From contig DGQK01000023.1 in assembly GCA_002390745.1 (NCBI GenBank), positions 46,104 through 70,103 of the forward strand: a stretch of DNA of 24,000 nt, written 5' to 3'. This DNA is from Bacteroidetes bacterium UBA4416. Lineage in GTDB: Bacteria; Bacteroidota; Bacteroidia; B-17B0; Aurantibacillaceae. How positions within the stretch are numbered: the stretch's first letter is position 1; each line of letters begins with the position of its first letter. This document shows positions 1-7,080 of the stretch, one piece after another. Below the pieces are notes generated by a model. That model was not told where the DNA came from. It did not search any database and saw only the letters and a program-made list of their open reading frames with translations. The translations under genes were made by a program, and so were the position numbers.

Positions 1-1
1 C

Positions 2-622
2 CCGTCGTTTATTCCTAAAACGGATGAAACCAGGGTGCAGGTATTGGAAAAGGTACTGACGGCTTATGCAGGCACTGTCTGCTATGTCACCGAGAAACTC
101 GATGGGAGCTCTGTTACTTTTTACCTGAAAGACGGAGAATTCGGTGTGTGCTCAAGGAACCTTGACCTGGCATTCAGTGAAGACAATTCGATGTGGAAGT
201 TTGCCATTGCCAATAAGCTCGAGGACAAGCTAAAAGCGTTGAACCGGAACCTGGCCTTGCAGGGCGAGATCATCGGAGAAGGGATCCAGAAGAATAAATA
301 CAAGTTGAAAGGACAAAGCATTTACTTCTTCAACATCTTCGATATCGATGCCTACAGCTACTTCTCTTTACAGGAAGTGAAGGCTTTGCTGGGCGATCTG
401 GACTTGAACATGGTGCCTGTTCTGGAAGAAAACTATCTCCTGGAAAGCAATGTGGAAGCCCTGGTGGCTAAGTCTAAACTGAAATCGGTTTTGAATAAGG
501 ACACGATTGCCGAAGGAATTGTGATCAGGCCGGTGGAAGAAAAGATCGACAGGAATGTGATGCAGGGCCGGATGTCTTTCAAAGCCATCAACCCGGACTT
601 TTTGATCAAATACGACGAATAG
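2..622 (+). CDS. ATP-dependent RNA ligase, DraRnl/Rnl5-like (5' end outside window)
   Basis: The frame is open from nt 2, with no stop upstream of the listed 35..622 ORF. It has nucleotidyltransferase motif I VTEKLDGSS (KxDG lysine), EGIVIRP, and a C-terminal SFKAINPDFLIKY typical of DRB0094-type RNA ligases. Recognition is from memory. Confidence 0.7.
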   Translation, partial: PSFIPKTDETRVQVLEKVLTAYAGTVCYVTEKLDGSSVTFYLKDGEFGVCSRNLDLAFSEDNSMWKFAIANKLEDKLKALNRNLALQGEIIGEGIQKNKYKLKGQSIYFFNIFDIDAYSYFSLQEVKALLGDLDLNMVPVLEENYLLESNVEALVAKSKLKSVLNKDTIAEGIVIRPVEEKIDRNVMQGRMSFKAINPDFLIKYDE

Positions 623-846
623 AAACCAGGTAACAGGAAGATCACAAAGGATCAGGGCAACCCACAGGCCTGTGGGTATCAAGGAGTATGAACTCTAGAG
701 CGCATGCATGTTCTTTGCGGCGCTGCCCGGATCACTTGGATGCTTCTATACGGAATAAGAAATATGTCAAAACGACCCGTACATAGTTTTATATATCAGC
801 TTCTATCAGTTTATGATAGCTGAATAGGATTGGTATGCGCAAGCAT

Positions 847-880
847 AGGCCCGGTCCGTAACGACCGGGCCTTTGTTTTT
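847..880 (+). terminator. Intrinsic-terminator-like hairpin plus T-run, 3 nt before the first tRNA
   Basis: AGGCCCGGTC-CGTAAC-GACCGGGCCT is followed by TTGTTTTT. It may act as an attenuator or processing structure, because the tRNA array starts immediately after it. Confidence 0.5.
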
Positions 881-883
881 ACT

Positions 884-957
884 GCCTTCTTAACCCAACA
901 GGTAGAGGCGCTTGTCTTAGGAACAAGTTAGTATTGGTTCGGATCCGATAGAAGGTA
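884..957 (+). tRNA. tRNA with anticodon TAG on a short-variable-arm (type I) body, copy 1
   Basis: Hand-folded cloverleaf: acceptor GCCTTCT/AGAAGGT (G1-U72), anticodon stem CTTGT/ACAAG, loop CTTAGGA, 5-nt variable loop, T arm ATTGG-TTCGGAT-CCGAT, discriminator A. It carries a Leu anticodon but lacks the long variable arm of bacterial tRNA-Leu. Confidence 0.6.
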
Positions 958-993
958 CAGAAAAGAAAAAGAGCAACAAAACAAAAAATAAAA

Positions 994-1064
994 TGCCGGA
1001 TCGTCTAAAGGCAGGACATCAGACTTTGATTCTGAGAGTAGTGGTTCGATCCCATTTCCGGCAA
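994..1064 (+). tRNA. tRNA-Gln(TTG)
   Basis: Acceptor TGCCGGA/TCCGGCA (U1-A72, typical of bacterial Gln), anticodon stem TCAGA/TCTGA, loop CTTTGAT, T arm AGTGG-TTCGATC-CCATT. No CCA is encoded. Confidence 0.8.
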
Positions 1065-1068
1065 CTTT

Positions 1069-1142
1069 GCCTTCTTAGCCCAATCGGTAGAGGCGCTTGT
1101 CTTAGGAACAAGTAAGTGTAAGTTCGAATCTTACAGAAGGCA
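1069..1142 (+). tRNA. tRNA with anticodon TAG on a type I body, copy 2
   Basis: Acceptor GCCTTCT/AGAAGGC and the same anticodon arm as copy 1 (loop CTTAGGA). The T arm GTAAG-TTCGAAT-CTTAC differs from copy 1 by compensatory changes. Confidence 0.65.
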
Positions 1143-1311
1143 CATAAAAAGCTTGTTTTAAACAGGCCGGTCATCACGCCTTGCGGCTGTTGTGATGAGA
1201 CATACATAAGGAGGAATAACCGGGCGGGGCCCGGACAGGCTTGCTAAGCTATGTGTCGCGCTCCGCGCGATGGGTGTCGGGAACTCATTTCTCCGCAGAA
1301 GAAAATAAATT

Positions 1312-1394
1312 GGAGAGTAGCGACCATTGGTGGTCAGGCAGACTTGAAATCTGTAGCGGTCTGAAAGGACAGGGTTCGATTCCTATACTCTCCG
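1312..1394 (+). tRNA. tRNA-Ser(TGA)-like, type II, weak T stem
   Basis: Acceptor GGAGAGT/ACTCTCC, discriminator G, D stem GAC/GTC with loop CATTGGTG, anticodon stem GCAGA/TCTGT, loop CTTGAAA, long variable arm. The T stem CAGGG/CCTAT pairs at only 3 positions. Confidence 0.55.
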
Positions 1395-1401
1395 CAAATA
1401 C

Positions 1402-1474
1402 TGGGATGTAGCTCAACGGTGAGAGCAAGTGCCTTATACGCACGAGGTTGTTAGTTCGAGTCTAACCACCCCAA
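1402..1474 (+). tRNA. tRNA with anticodon TAT (Ile-UAU-like)
   Basis: Acceptor TGGGATG/CACCCCA (one A-C mismatch), D arm GCTC-AACGGTGA-GAGC, anticodon loop CTTATAC, T arm GTTAG-TTCGAGT-CTAAC. Confidence 0.6.
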
Positions 1475-1483
1475 CAAAATATA

Positions 1484-1567
1484 CGGGAAGTATTTCAATT
1501 GGTAGATTGCTGGCTTTGGGCGCTAGTGGTTGCAGGTTCTCACGCCGGGGCGTGACTGCCTTCCCGA
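1484..1567 (+). tRNA. tRNA-Pro(TGG)-like with a 16-nt hairpin in place of the 3' part of the T-loop
   Basis: Acceptor CGGGAAG/CTTCCCG, discriminator A, anticodon stem CTGGC/GCTAG, loop TTTGGGC. The T region is GCAG-GTTC-[TCACGC CGGG GCGTGA]-CTGC. The D stem is weak. Confidence 0.5.
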
Positions 1568-1571
1568 CAAA

Positions 1572-1644
1572 CGATTTGTGGTGTAATGGATAACACACCC
1601 GGCTACGGACCGGGAGACTTAAGGTTCGAGTCCTTACAGATCGG
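1572..1644 (+). tRNA. tRNA-Arg(ACG)
   Basis: Acceptor CGATTTG/CAGATCG, D arm GTGT-AATGGATA-ACAC, anticodon stem CCCGG/CCGGG, loop CTACGGA, T arm TAAGG-TTCGAGT-CCTTA. Confidence 0.8.
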
Positions 1645-1658
1645 CTAAATACAATATA

Positions 1659-1741
1659 CGGGAAGTAGCTCAGTTGGGAGAGCGCGTGCTTTGGGAGCAT
1701 GAGGCCGCAGGTTCTCACGCGAGACGTGACTGCCTTCCCGA
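1659..1741 (+). tRNA. tRNA-Pro(TGG)-like with a 15-nt hairpin in the T-loop
   Basis: Acceptor CGGGAAG/CTTCCCG, canonical D arm GCTC-AGTTGGGA-GAGC, anticodon stem CGTGC/GCATG, loop TTTGGGA. The T region is GCAG-GTTC-[TCACG CGAGA CGTGA]-CTGC. Confidence 0.55.
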
Positions 1742-1746
1742 CAAAA

Positions 1747-1819
1747 GGAAATATAGCAAAGATGGTCAATGCGGCAGATTGAAAATCTGCAGATGTAGGT
1801 TCGAGTCCTGCTGTTTCCA
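1747..1819 (+). tRNA. tRNA-Phe(GAA)
   Basis: Acceptor GGAAATA/TGTTTCC, anticodon stem GCAGA/TCTGC, loop TTGAAAA, T arm GTAGG-TTCGAGT-CCTGC, discriminator A. Confidence 0.75.
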
Positions 1820-1831
1820 CAGGAAATACAT

Positions 1832-1905
1832 GGTGAGATTAGTGTAAAGGCTAACACGACGGGCTGTGGATCCGTTAATACTGAGTTCGAGTCTCGTATT
1901 TCACC
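1832..1905 (+). tRNA. tRNA-His(GTG) with encoded G-1
   Basis: G-1 (1832) is opposite C73 (1905). Acceptor GTGAGAT/ATTTCAC, D arm GTGT-AAAGGCTA-ACAC, anticodon stem ACGGG/TCCGT, loop CTGTGGA, T loop TTCGAGT. Confidence 0.8.
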
Positions 1906-1910
1906 CACAA

Positions 1911-2004
1911 GGGAATGCGCTAACGCTGGAGAGTTAGGCTGGTCTGTAAAACCAGTGCCATTCGGCTGAGAAGGTTCTCACGGCGTGTCGTGATTCCATT
2001 CCCA
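1911..2004 (+). tRNA. tRNA-Tyr(GTA)-like, type II, with a 16-nt hairpin in the T-loop
   Basis: Acceptor GGGAATG/CATTCCC, D arm CTAA-CGCTGGAGAG-TTAG, anticodon stem CTGGT/ACCAG, loop CTGTAAA, long variable arm. The T region is GAA-GGTTC-[TCACG GCGTGT CGTGA]-TTC. Confidence 0.5.
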
Positions 2005-2076
2005 CAGGAATAATTATGGGATATACTTATACCGGTATTTTCCGGAATGTATTCCGCCCAGGCACAAAGAGTTAAA

Positions 2077-2122
2077 TGCCGGATGGCTCAGACGGCTCTT
2101 GTGCTTCGGCGGGATCCCATTG
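2077..2122 (+). other. tRNA-Gln-derived fragment (5' TGCCGGAT ... GATCCCATT), not a complete cloverleaf
   Basis: It shares the first 8 nt and the GATCCCATT T-arm remnant with tRNA-Gln at 994-1064. It lacks an anticodon arm and an acceptor 3' strand. Confidence 0.4.
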
Positions 2123-2131
2123 TTATAAAAA

Positions 2132-2145
2132 CGTTCTTTGACATC
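2132..2145 (+). promoter_or_regulatory. CGTTCTTTGACATC box upstream of the six-gene cassette
   Basis: The 14-mer is identical to 10858-10871. The core GTTCTTTG also occurs at 710-717 and 11745-11752, always on the + strand ahead of a transcription unit. Confidence 0.35.
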
Positions 2146-2213
2146 ATGTTTTTTTAAGATGAAGTTTAAAATAATTTGTTTACTTTGGTGTAAACCACTT
2201 AACCCAATTTTTT

Positions 2214-3149
2214 ATGACTGTAAGTTCAAACCTGGACATTTTCTTGAATAAGAAAGTCGTGGATTATTCAAAAGACGAAGGGATTCAAAACCCCGGGGAA
2301 TTTGTTTACCGCATCCGTATCTCCTATGACGATTTTGAAGATGGCGTTTCTATTGAAAGCCTGACAGACGATTTCGCGAAAGATCCGAATGCAGGGGAGG
2401 TAAAAGAGATCATCTTCGGCGCGTTTGACTTTGAATCGAGTAACTCTACCGAGGGCATCGTGAACAAGCTGGTCGAGTATAAAGGAGTATTTAAAAACCT
2501 GAAAGCGGTTTTCATTGGAGATATCACCTATGAGGAAAATGAGATCTCCTGGATCAACCAAAGCAATGTAGGGCCTGTGCTCGACGCTTACCCAGACCTG
2601 GAGCATTTCCAGGTGCGCGGCGGAAACGATCTTTCCTTCGGAAAACTGGAACATACCAATCTGAGGACCCTGATCATCGAAACCGGCGGCTTGCCGCCTA
2701 ATGTGGTAGAAGAAGTGTCAGCTGCGCATTTGCCGAACCTTCAAAAGCTGGAAATGTGGTTGGGATCCGATAACTACGGTTTCAATTCTACCATCGGTGA
2801 TTTTGCCGTGATTATTTCCGGAAAGTCGTTTCCAAGCCTTAATCACTTAGGATTAATGAATAGCGAGATCCAGAATGAGATTGCGATCGAAGTCGCGAAA
2901 TCGCCGGTGCTGGCTCAACTCGACGTGCTGGACATGTCGATGGGAAATATGGATGATAAAGGGGGAGAAGCCATTCTCAACAGCGAAGGCATGAAACACC
3001 TGAAGTACATTAATCTGCGTCATCATTATTTAAGTGATCAGATGATGTCGAAGCTGAGCGCACGTTTCCCGGCCATTAACCTGGACGACCAGGAAGAAGC
3101 CGATGATGATGGCGATGAAAGCTATCGTTACATTGAAGTATCGGAATAA
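2214..3149 (+). CDS. Leucine-rich-repeat-like cytoplasmic protein (STM4015-family-like)
   Basis: 311-aa ORF with repeated LxxLxL segments (LRTLIIETGGL, LPNLQKLEMWL, FPSLNHLGLMN, LAQLDVLDMSMGNM, LKYINLRHHYL) and an acidic C-terminal tail. It is the first gene of a tightly packed operon. The family name is from memory. Confidence 0.6.
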   Translation: MTVSSNLDIFLNKKVVDYSKDEGIQNPGEFVYRIRISYDDFEDGVSIESLTDDFAKDPNAGEVKEIIFGAFDFESSNSTEGIVNKLVEYKGVFKNLKAVFIGDITYEENEISWINQSNVGPVLDAYPDLEHFQVRGGNDLSFGKLEHTNLRTLIIETGGLPPNVVEEVSAAHLPNLQKLEMWLGSDNYGFNSTIGDFAVIISGKSFPSLNHLGLMNSEIQNEIAIEVAKSPVLAQLDVLDMSMGNMDDKGGEAILNSEGMKHLKYINLRHHYLSDQMMSKLSARFPAINLDDQEEADDDGDESYRYIEVSE

Positions 3150-3151
3150 GC

Positions 3152-4276
3152 ATGCGCTTTTTTGTTTTAGGAAATCCTGAAAACCGAAGGGTAAGCTTGT
3201 TTTCTGAAAGCTTTGAGTCATCCGGTTTTGGGCAGGTAATCGTCTTATCCTACCAGGATGTTTTGAAGACGCCGGTTTTGAAAGAAACAGATTTTTCAGG
3301 AAGCATCGTGAGGATCGAATCACCGGGAGAAAATTTTGAGGTCAGGAAATTGCTGATAGCGAAAGGTGCTGCCGCTGCCCGGGAGGAAGGCCTGCCCTTT
3401 GTTTCGGAAGAGCAGGCCCTGCTGTTGGAAGATCCCTCGGAGCTGATCCATACCAGGCAATGGTATTTGGGTTTCAGGGAGCTGTTGCAGGAAATTGACC
3501 TGGAGATGCAACGCCATCCCGGGGCTGCATTCATGAACCTTCCTTCGGATATAACGCTGATGTTCGATAAAAAAGCCTGTCAATCGCTGTTGAAAAAGCA
3601 CGATGTTCAGATTCCTGATTTTCATTGTTCCATCAACAGTTATGAGCAATTGTTGGAAATGATGAGGCTGAGAAAATGGAACAACGTATTTATTAAGCCT
3701 GCGCATGCCTCATCAGCTTCCGGAGTCATTGCTTTCAGGATAGCCGGAGAGAAGCAACAGGCCATTACCACGATCGGTATCAGCCGGAAAGGCGCATCTG
3801 TTCGGTTGTTCAACGCGTTAAAGGTTAAGACCTATACAGCTAAATCCGATATTGAAACGATCATTGACAGGGTTTTGCAGGAAAATGCCATTGTAGAAAA
3901 ATGGATCCCTAAAGCGACTATCGGCGACGACTATTTTGATCTCAGGATATTGGTCATTTGCGGACATGCCAAACACATGGTTGTGAGAAAAAGCAAACAG
4001 GTAATCACGAATCTGCACCTGGGCAATCGACGCGGCACGCCGGAGGAGCTGGAACAGGCGATTGGGAAAGAAAAAACAGAAGAGGCCAGGCGTCTTGCCG
4101 AAAAGGCCGCCGGCTGTTTTGTAAAATCCCTTTATTGTGGGGTTGATGTTCTGGTTGGCGCTGATAAGAAAGACCTTCGCGTATTGGAGGTCAATGCGTT
4201 CGGCGATTTATTGCCAAACGTGCTGCATCACAACAAAAGCTGCTACGAGGCCGAGATAGAGGTCATGATGAAATAA
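3152..4276 (+). CDS. ATP-grasp ligase-like protein (STM4014-family-like)
   Basis: It starts 2 nt after the upstream stop. RimK/ATP-grasp-like motifs are present: VFIKPAHASSASGVIAF, DLRILVICGHAKHMVVRKS..ITNLHLGNRRG, VLEVNAFGD. Confidence 0.7.
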   Translation: MRFFVLGNPENRRVSLFSESFESSGFGQVIVLSYQDVLKTPVLKETDFSGSIVRIESPGENFEVRKLLIAKGAAAAREEGLPFVSEEQALLLEDPSELIHTRQWYLGFRELLQEIDLEMQRHPGAAFMNLPSDITLMFDKKACQSLLKKHDVQIPDFHCSINSYEQLLEMMRLRKWNNVFIKPAHASSASGVIAFRIAGEKQQAITTIGISRKGASVRLFNALKVKTYTAKSDIETIIDRVLQENAIVEKWIPKATIGDDYFDLRILVICGHAKHMVVRKSKQVITNLHLGNRRGTPEELEQAIGKEKTEEARRLAEKAAGCFVKSLYCGVDVLVGADKKDLRVLEVNAFGDLLPNVLHHNKSCYEAEIEVMMK

Positions 4277-4281
4277 GGATA

Positions 4282-4974
4282 ATGAAGCTACCGTCTACCA
4301 TACAAACGATTCTCTTTGATCTCGATAATACGCTGATTGACCGCGACCGTGCCATGAAGGATGCGGTCAGGCATTGGTTGAAAAACCAGGGGACGATAGA
4401 TGAGGAAGATATAGAAACGGAATTAAACCGTGTCCTGGAAAAAGACAATTCCGGTTATACCGACAGGGATTTATTTTGTGAATGGTTGCTCAGCGGCTAT
4501 GCGAACGCTGCCACCAAAGCAAGCCAAACAGCAAGCGAAATATTGAGAGCCCTACAGGAGCTGACAATTTCTTACCTTCAGCCCGATCCTGATATCCTGG
4601 ATACTTTGCAGCAGCTGGAACAGCAGTATCAATTACTTATCGCCACCAATGGAAGTCAATACGTTCAGCAAAAAAAAATGGCGAAGGCGAACCTGGACTC
4701 CGTATTTTCTGCTGATCGCATTTTTATTTCAGAAGCACTTGGTCACCAAAAGCCGGATCCCGCGTTTTACATGAAGATCCTGAAAGCGATCGGGAGAGAT
4801 CCGGCGCAATGCCTTATGGTGGGCGATAATTATATAAATGATGTGGAAGGTGCCAGGCATTGTGGCCTGTATACCTGCTGGATCGCCCATAGGAAAGCCA
4901 GCGGAAAAAAGTCCGCAGATATGACGTTTAACCATATTACAGAAGCAAGACAATGGCTCCGGGAATCAATATGA
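4282..4974 (+). CDS. HAD-superfamily hydrolase (phosphatase-like)
   Basis: HAD motif I ILFDLDNTLID, motif II IATNGS, motif III KPDP, motif IV VGDNYINDVEGA. Confidence 0.85.
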   Translation: MKLPSTIQTILFDLDNTLIDRDRAMKDAVRHWLKNQGTIDEEDIETELNRVLEKDNSGYTDRDLFCEWLLSGYANAATKASQTASEILRALQELTISYLQPDPDILDTLQQLEQQYQLLIATNGSQYVQQKKMAKANLDSVFSADRIFISEALGHQKPDPAFYMKILKAIGRDPAQCLMVGDNYINDVEGARHCGLYTCWIAHRKASGKKSADMTFNHITEARQWLRESI

Positions 4975-5777
4975 ATGAGGTCGTCAAAAGTATGGACGTA
5001 CTTTTTATCACCCTGGACAGCCTCCGTTACGATGTTGCCCGGGAGGCATTTGATAAAGGGATGCTTCCAAACTTCAAATGCCTTTTTCCTGATGGCTGGC
5101 AGAAATGCCATTCACCCGGAAGCTTTACCTTTGCGGCGCACCAGGCCTTTTTTGCAGGCTTTCTGCCAACACCTTCCAGTCATCCGAAACAGGAACGCTT
5201 AATTGCGGCACAGTTTACCGGGAGCGAAACCACAACAGAAAATACCCTGGTAGTTGAAAGCGCCGATATTGTGAAAGGCTTTGAAGAGATTGGCTACAAT
5301 ACCCTGTGTATCGGTGGTGTAGGGTTTTTCAATAAGCAAACCGCTTTAGGATCCGTTCTGCCCTCTTATTTCCGGGAAAGCTTTTGGGAGCCCCGTTTTG
5401 GCGTTACAGAAAAGCAATCAACGAAATGGCAATTTTCAAAAGCCGCTCAGCTGATAGAAGAGCATAACAGGCAGCCCTTATTCCTGTTTATCAATGTGTC
5501 TGCGATCCACCAGCCAAACTGGTTTTACCTGCATGAAGAAAAAACAAGCGATAGTAAAGAATCACACGCTGCTGCCTTGCAGTATGTGGATTCACAGTTG
5601 CCCCTGCTTACCGATGCCTTAAAGAAAAAGCGCGATACCTTTTGCATTGTATGCTCGGATCATGGCACGGCTTACGGCGAGGATCAGTATTCCGGGCATC
5701 GCATCGGGCATCCCACCGTGTGGGAGGTTCCGCTGGCAACCGGTATTATAAAAAAAGAAATTGCAAATGAATTCTAA
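4953..5777 (+). CDS. Alkaline-phosphatase-superfamily, NPP-like phosphodiesterase/hydrolase (STM4013/SEN3800-family-like)
   Basis: VLFITLDSLRYD (metal Asp), GSFTFAAHQAFFAG (resembles the TFPNH Thr-nucleophile motif of type I phosphodiesterases) and CSDHGTAYGE. An alternative start at ATG 4971 gives an ATGA overlap with the HAD stop. Confidence 0.7.
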   Translation: MAPGINMNEVVKSMDVLFITLDSLRYDVAREAFDKGMLPNFKCLFPDGWQKCHSPGSFTFAAHQAFFAGFLPTPSSHPKQERLIAAQFTGSETTTENTLVVESADIVKGFEEIGYNTLCIGGVGFFNKQTALGSVLPSYFRESFWEPRFGVTEKQSTKWQFSKAAQLIEEHNRQPLFLFINVSAIHQPNWFYLHEEKTSDSKESHAAALQYVDSQLPLLTDALKKKRDTFCIVCSDHGTAYGEDQYSGHRIGHPTVWEVPLATGIIKKEIANEF

Positions 5778-7080
5778 ACCCGTATTCAATAATAGGTTCG
5801 AAGGGTATGCTTATTCGTACCCTCATAAACATAGCTACCGCCGTATGGAGCCGGTGTCACTGGAGCAGCTCTGGGCTTCCGAAAAAAAAGACGCCCTCTT
5901 TCTCTACATTCACCTGCCTTTTTGTGAAATGCGTTGTGGCTTTTGTAATTTGTTTACCATCGCTAATCCGCAGGAAACGATAGTGGACGCCTATCTGAAC
6001 ACGCTGCAACAGCAGGCCGAAACGATCCGGAGAGTCATAAAGCCCGAATCCTTCGCGCAAATTGCCGTTGGAGGCGGTACACCTACATTTCTGGAAATGC
6101 CTCAGCTGGAAAAACTATTTTCGATCATGCGCGCTTTAGGCGCTGAGCCGAAGGATATTCCCGCTTCTTTCGAAATGTCGCCAAAAACGATTAACCCGCA
6201 GAAACTGAAATTCCTGGAAGAGAACGGTGTCGACCGCGTGAGTATTGGCATTCAGAGCTTTCTCGATGGAGAGACCAAAGCCCTCGGAAGACCTCAAAAA
6301 AATAAAGAAGTAGAAGAGGCGCTCAACCTGATCCGTCAGTACCGCTTCAACACCCTGAACCTGGACCTGATCTATGGCACCTATGGGCAAACGCCTGCGG
6401 CCTGGCAGTATTCCCTGGAGCAGGCTGTTAGCTTTCATCCGGAGGAGATTTTTATTTATCCTTTGTATGTCAGGGCCTTAACCGGCATCAATAAGCTGGA
6501 TCAGAATGCGCAGGACCTTCGCGAAGACCTTTACCTGCTTGCGAAGAAATTCCTGACGTCAGCCGGATACGAGCAGATCTCCATGCGCCTCTTCCGTTTG
6601 AAAACCGTACGCTCCTCCAAAGCAGCGCTCAGCTATAGTTGCCAGGAAGACGGCATGATCGGTCTTGGTGCGGGAGCGCGCTCCTACACAAAGCACCTGC
6701 ATTATTCTTCGGAATATGCGGTGGCAAGGGGCAATATCAAACACATCATCAACGAATACATTGCTAAAAACAGTAGTGATTTTGAATTCGTGGATTATGG
6801 AATAGAGCTCCCGGTCGAAGAACAGAAACGTCGCTTTGTGATCAAGTCCATTCTTCATGCGAGCGCCCTCGATACGCGGCGTTACGAGTCCCTGTACGGA
6901 AACAAGCTGCTGTCGGATTTCCCACAACTGGGACTGTTGCTGGAGAACCAGCTTGCGGTTATGGATGAAAGCCAAAAGATGCACCTCACGTCGCAGGGGA
7001 CGGATTACTCGGATGCGATCGGCCCCTGGCTGTATTCTCCCTATATCAAAGAACTCATTCAAACCTTCGAACTGAAATGA
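5761..7080 (+). CDS. HemN-like radical SAM enzyme (STM4012-family-like)
   Basis: CxxxCxxC cluster motif FCEMRCGFCNL, GGGTPTF, and HemN-like length. The likely start is ATG 5767, which overlaps the upstream gene. Confidence 0.8.
   Translation: MQMNSKPVFNNRFEGYAYSYPHKHSYRRMEPVSLEQLWASEKKDALFLYIHLPFCEMRCGFCNLFTIANPQETIVDAYLNTLQQQAETIRRVIKPESFAQIAVGGGTPTFLEMPQLEKLFSIMRALGAEPKDIPASFEMSPKTINPQKLKFLEENGVDRVSIGIQSFLDGETKALGRPQKNKEVEEALNLIRQYRFNTLNLDLIYGTYGQTPAAWQYSLEQAVSFHPEEIFIYPLYVRALTGINKLDQNAQDLREDLYLLAKKFLTSAGYEQISMRLFRLKTVRSSKAALSYSCQEDGMIGLGAGARSYTKHLHYSSEYAVARGNIKHIINEYIAKNSSDFEFVDYGIELPVEEQKRRFVIKSILHASALDTRRYESLYGNKLLSDFPQLGLLLENQLAVMDESQKMHLTSQGTDYSDAIGPWLYSPYIKELIQTFELK

Noticed and set aside
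1209-1215. AAGGAGG Shine-Dalgarno-like sequence followed by a 37-codon ORF inside the tRNA array spacer
   Set aside because: Other genes in this window show no SD dependence. The ORF reads into tRNA-Ser, and the region is better explained by RNA hairpins.
1019-1908. ORFs 1019..1207(-), 1434..1820(-) and 1645..1908(-) in the ORF track
   Set aside because: They run antisense through densely packed tRNA genes. Their translations are low-complexity and carry no motifs, so the open frames are a by-product of the tRNA sequence.
1540-1993. Interpreting the T-loop hairpins as introns (archaeal BHB-type or otherwise) removed and sealed by RtcB
   Set aside because: I found no bulge-helix-bulge geometry. 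No excision boundary I tried restores a canonical 5-bp T stem with a 7-nt TTCRANY loop, because the 3' strand lacks the C61 partner. It is kept only as a possibility to test, not as a call.
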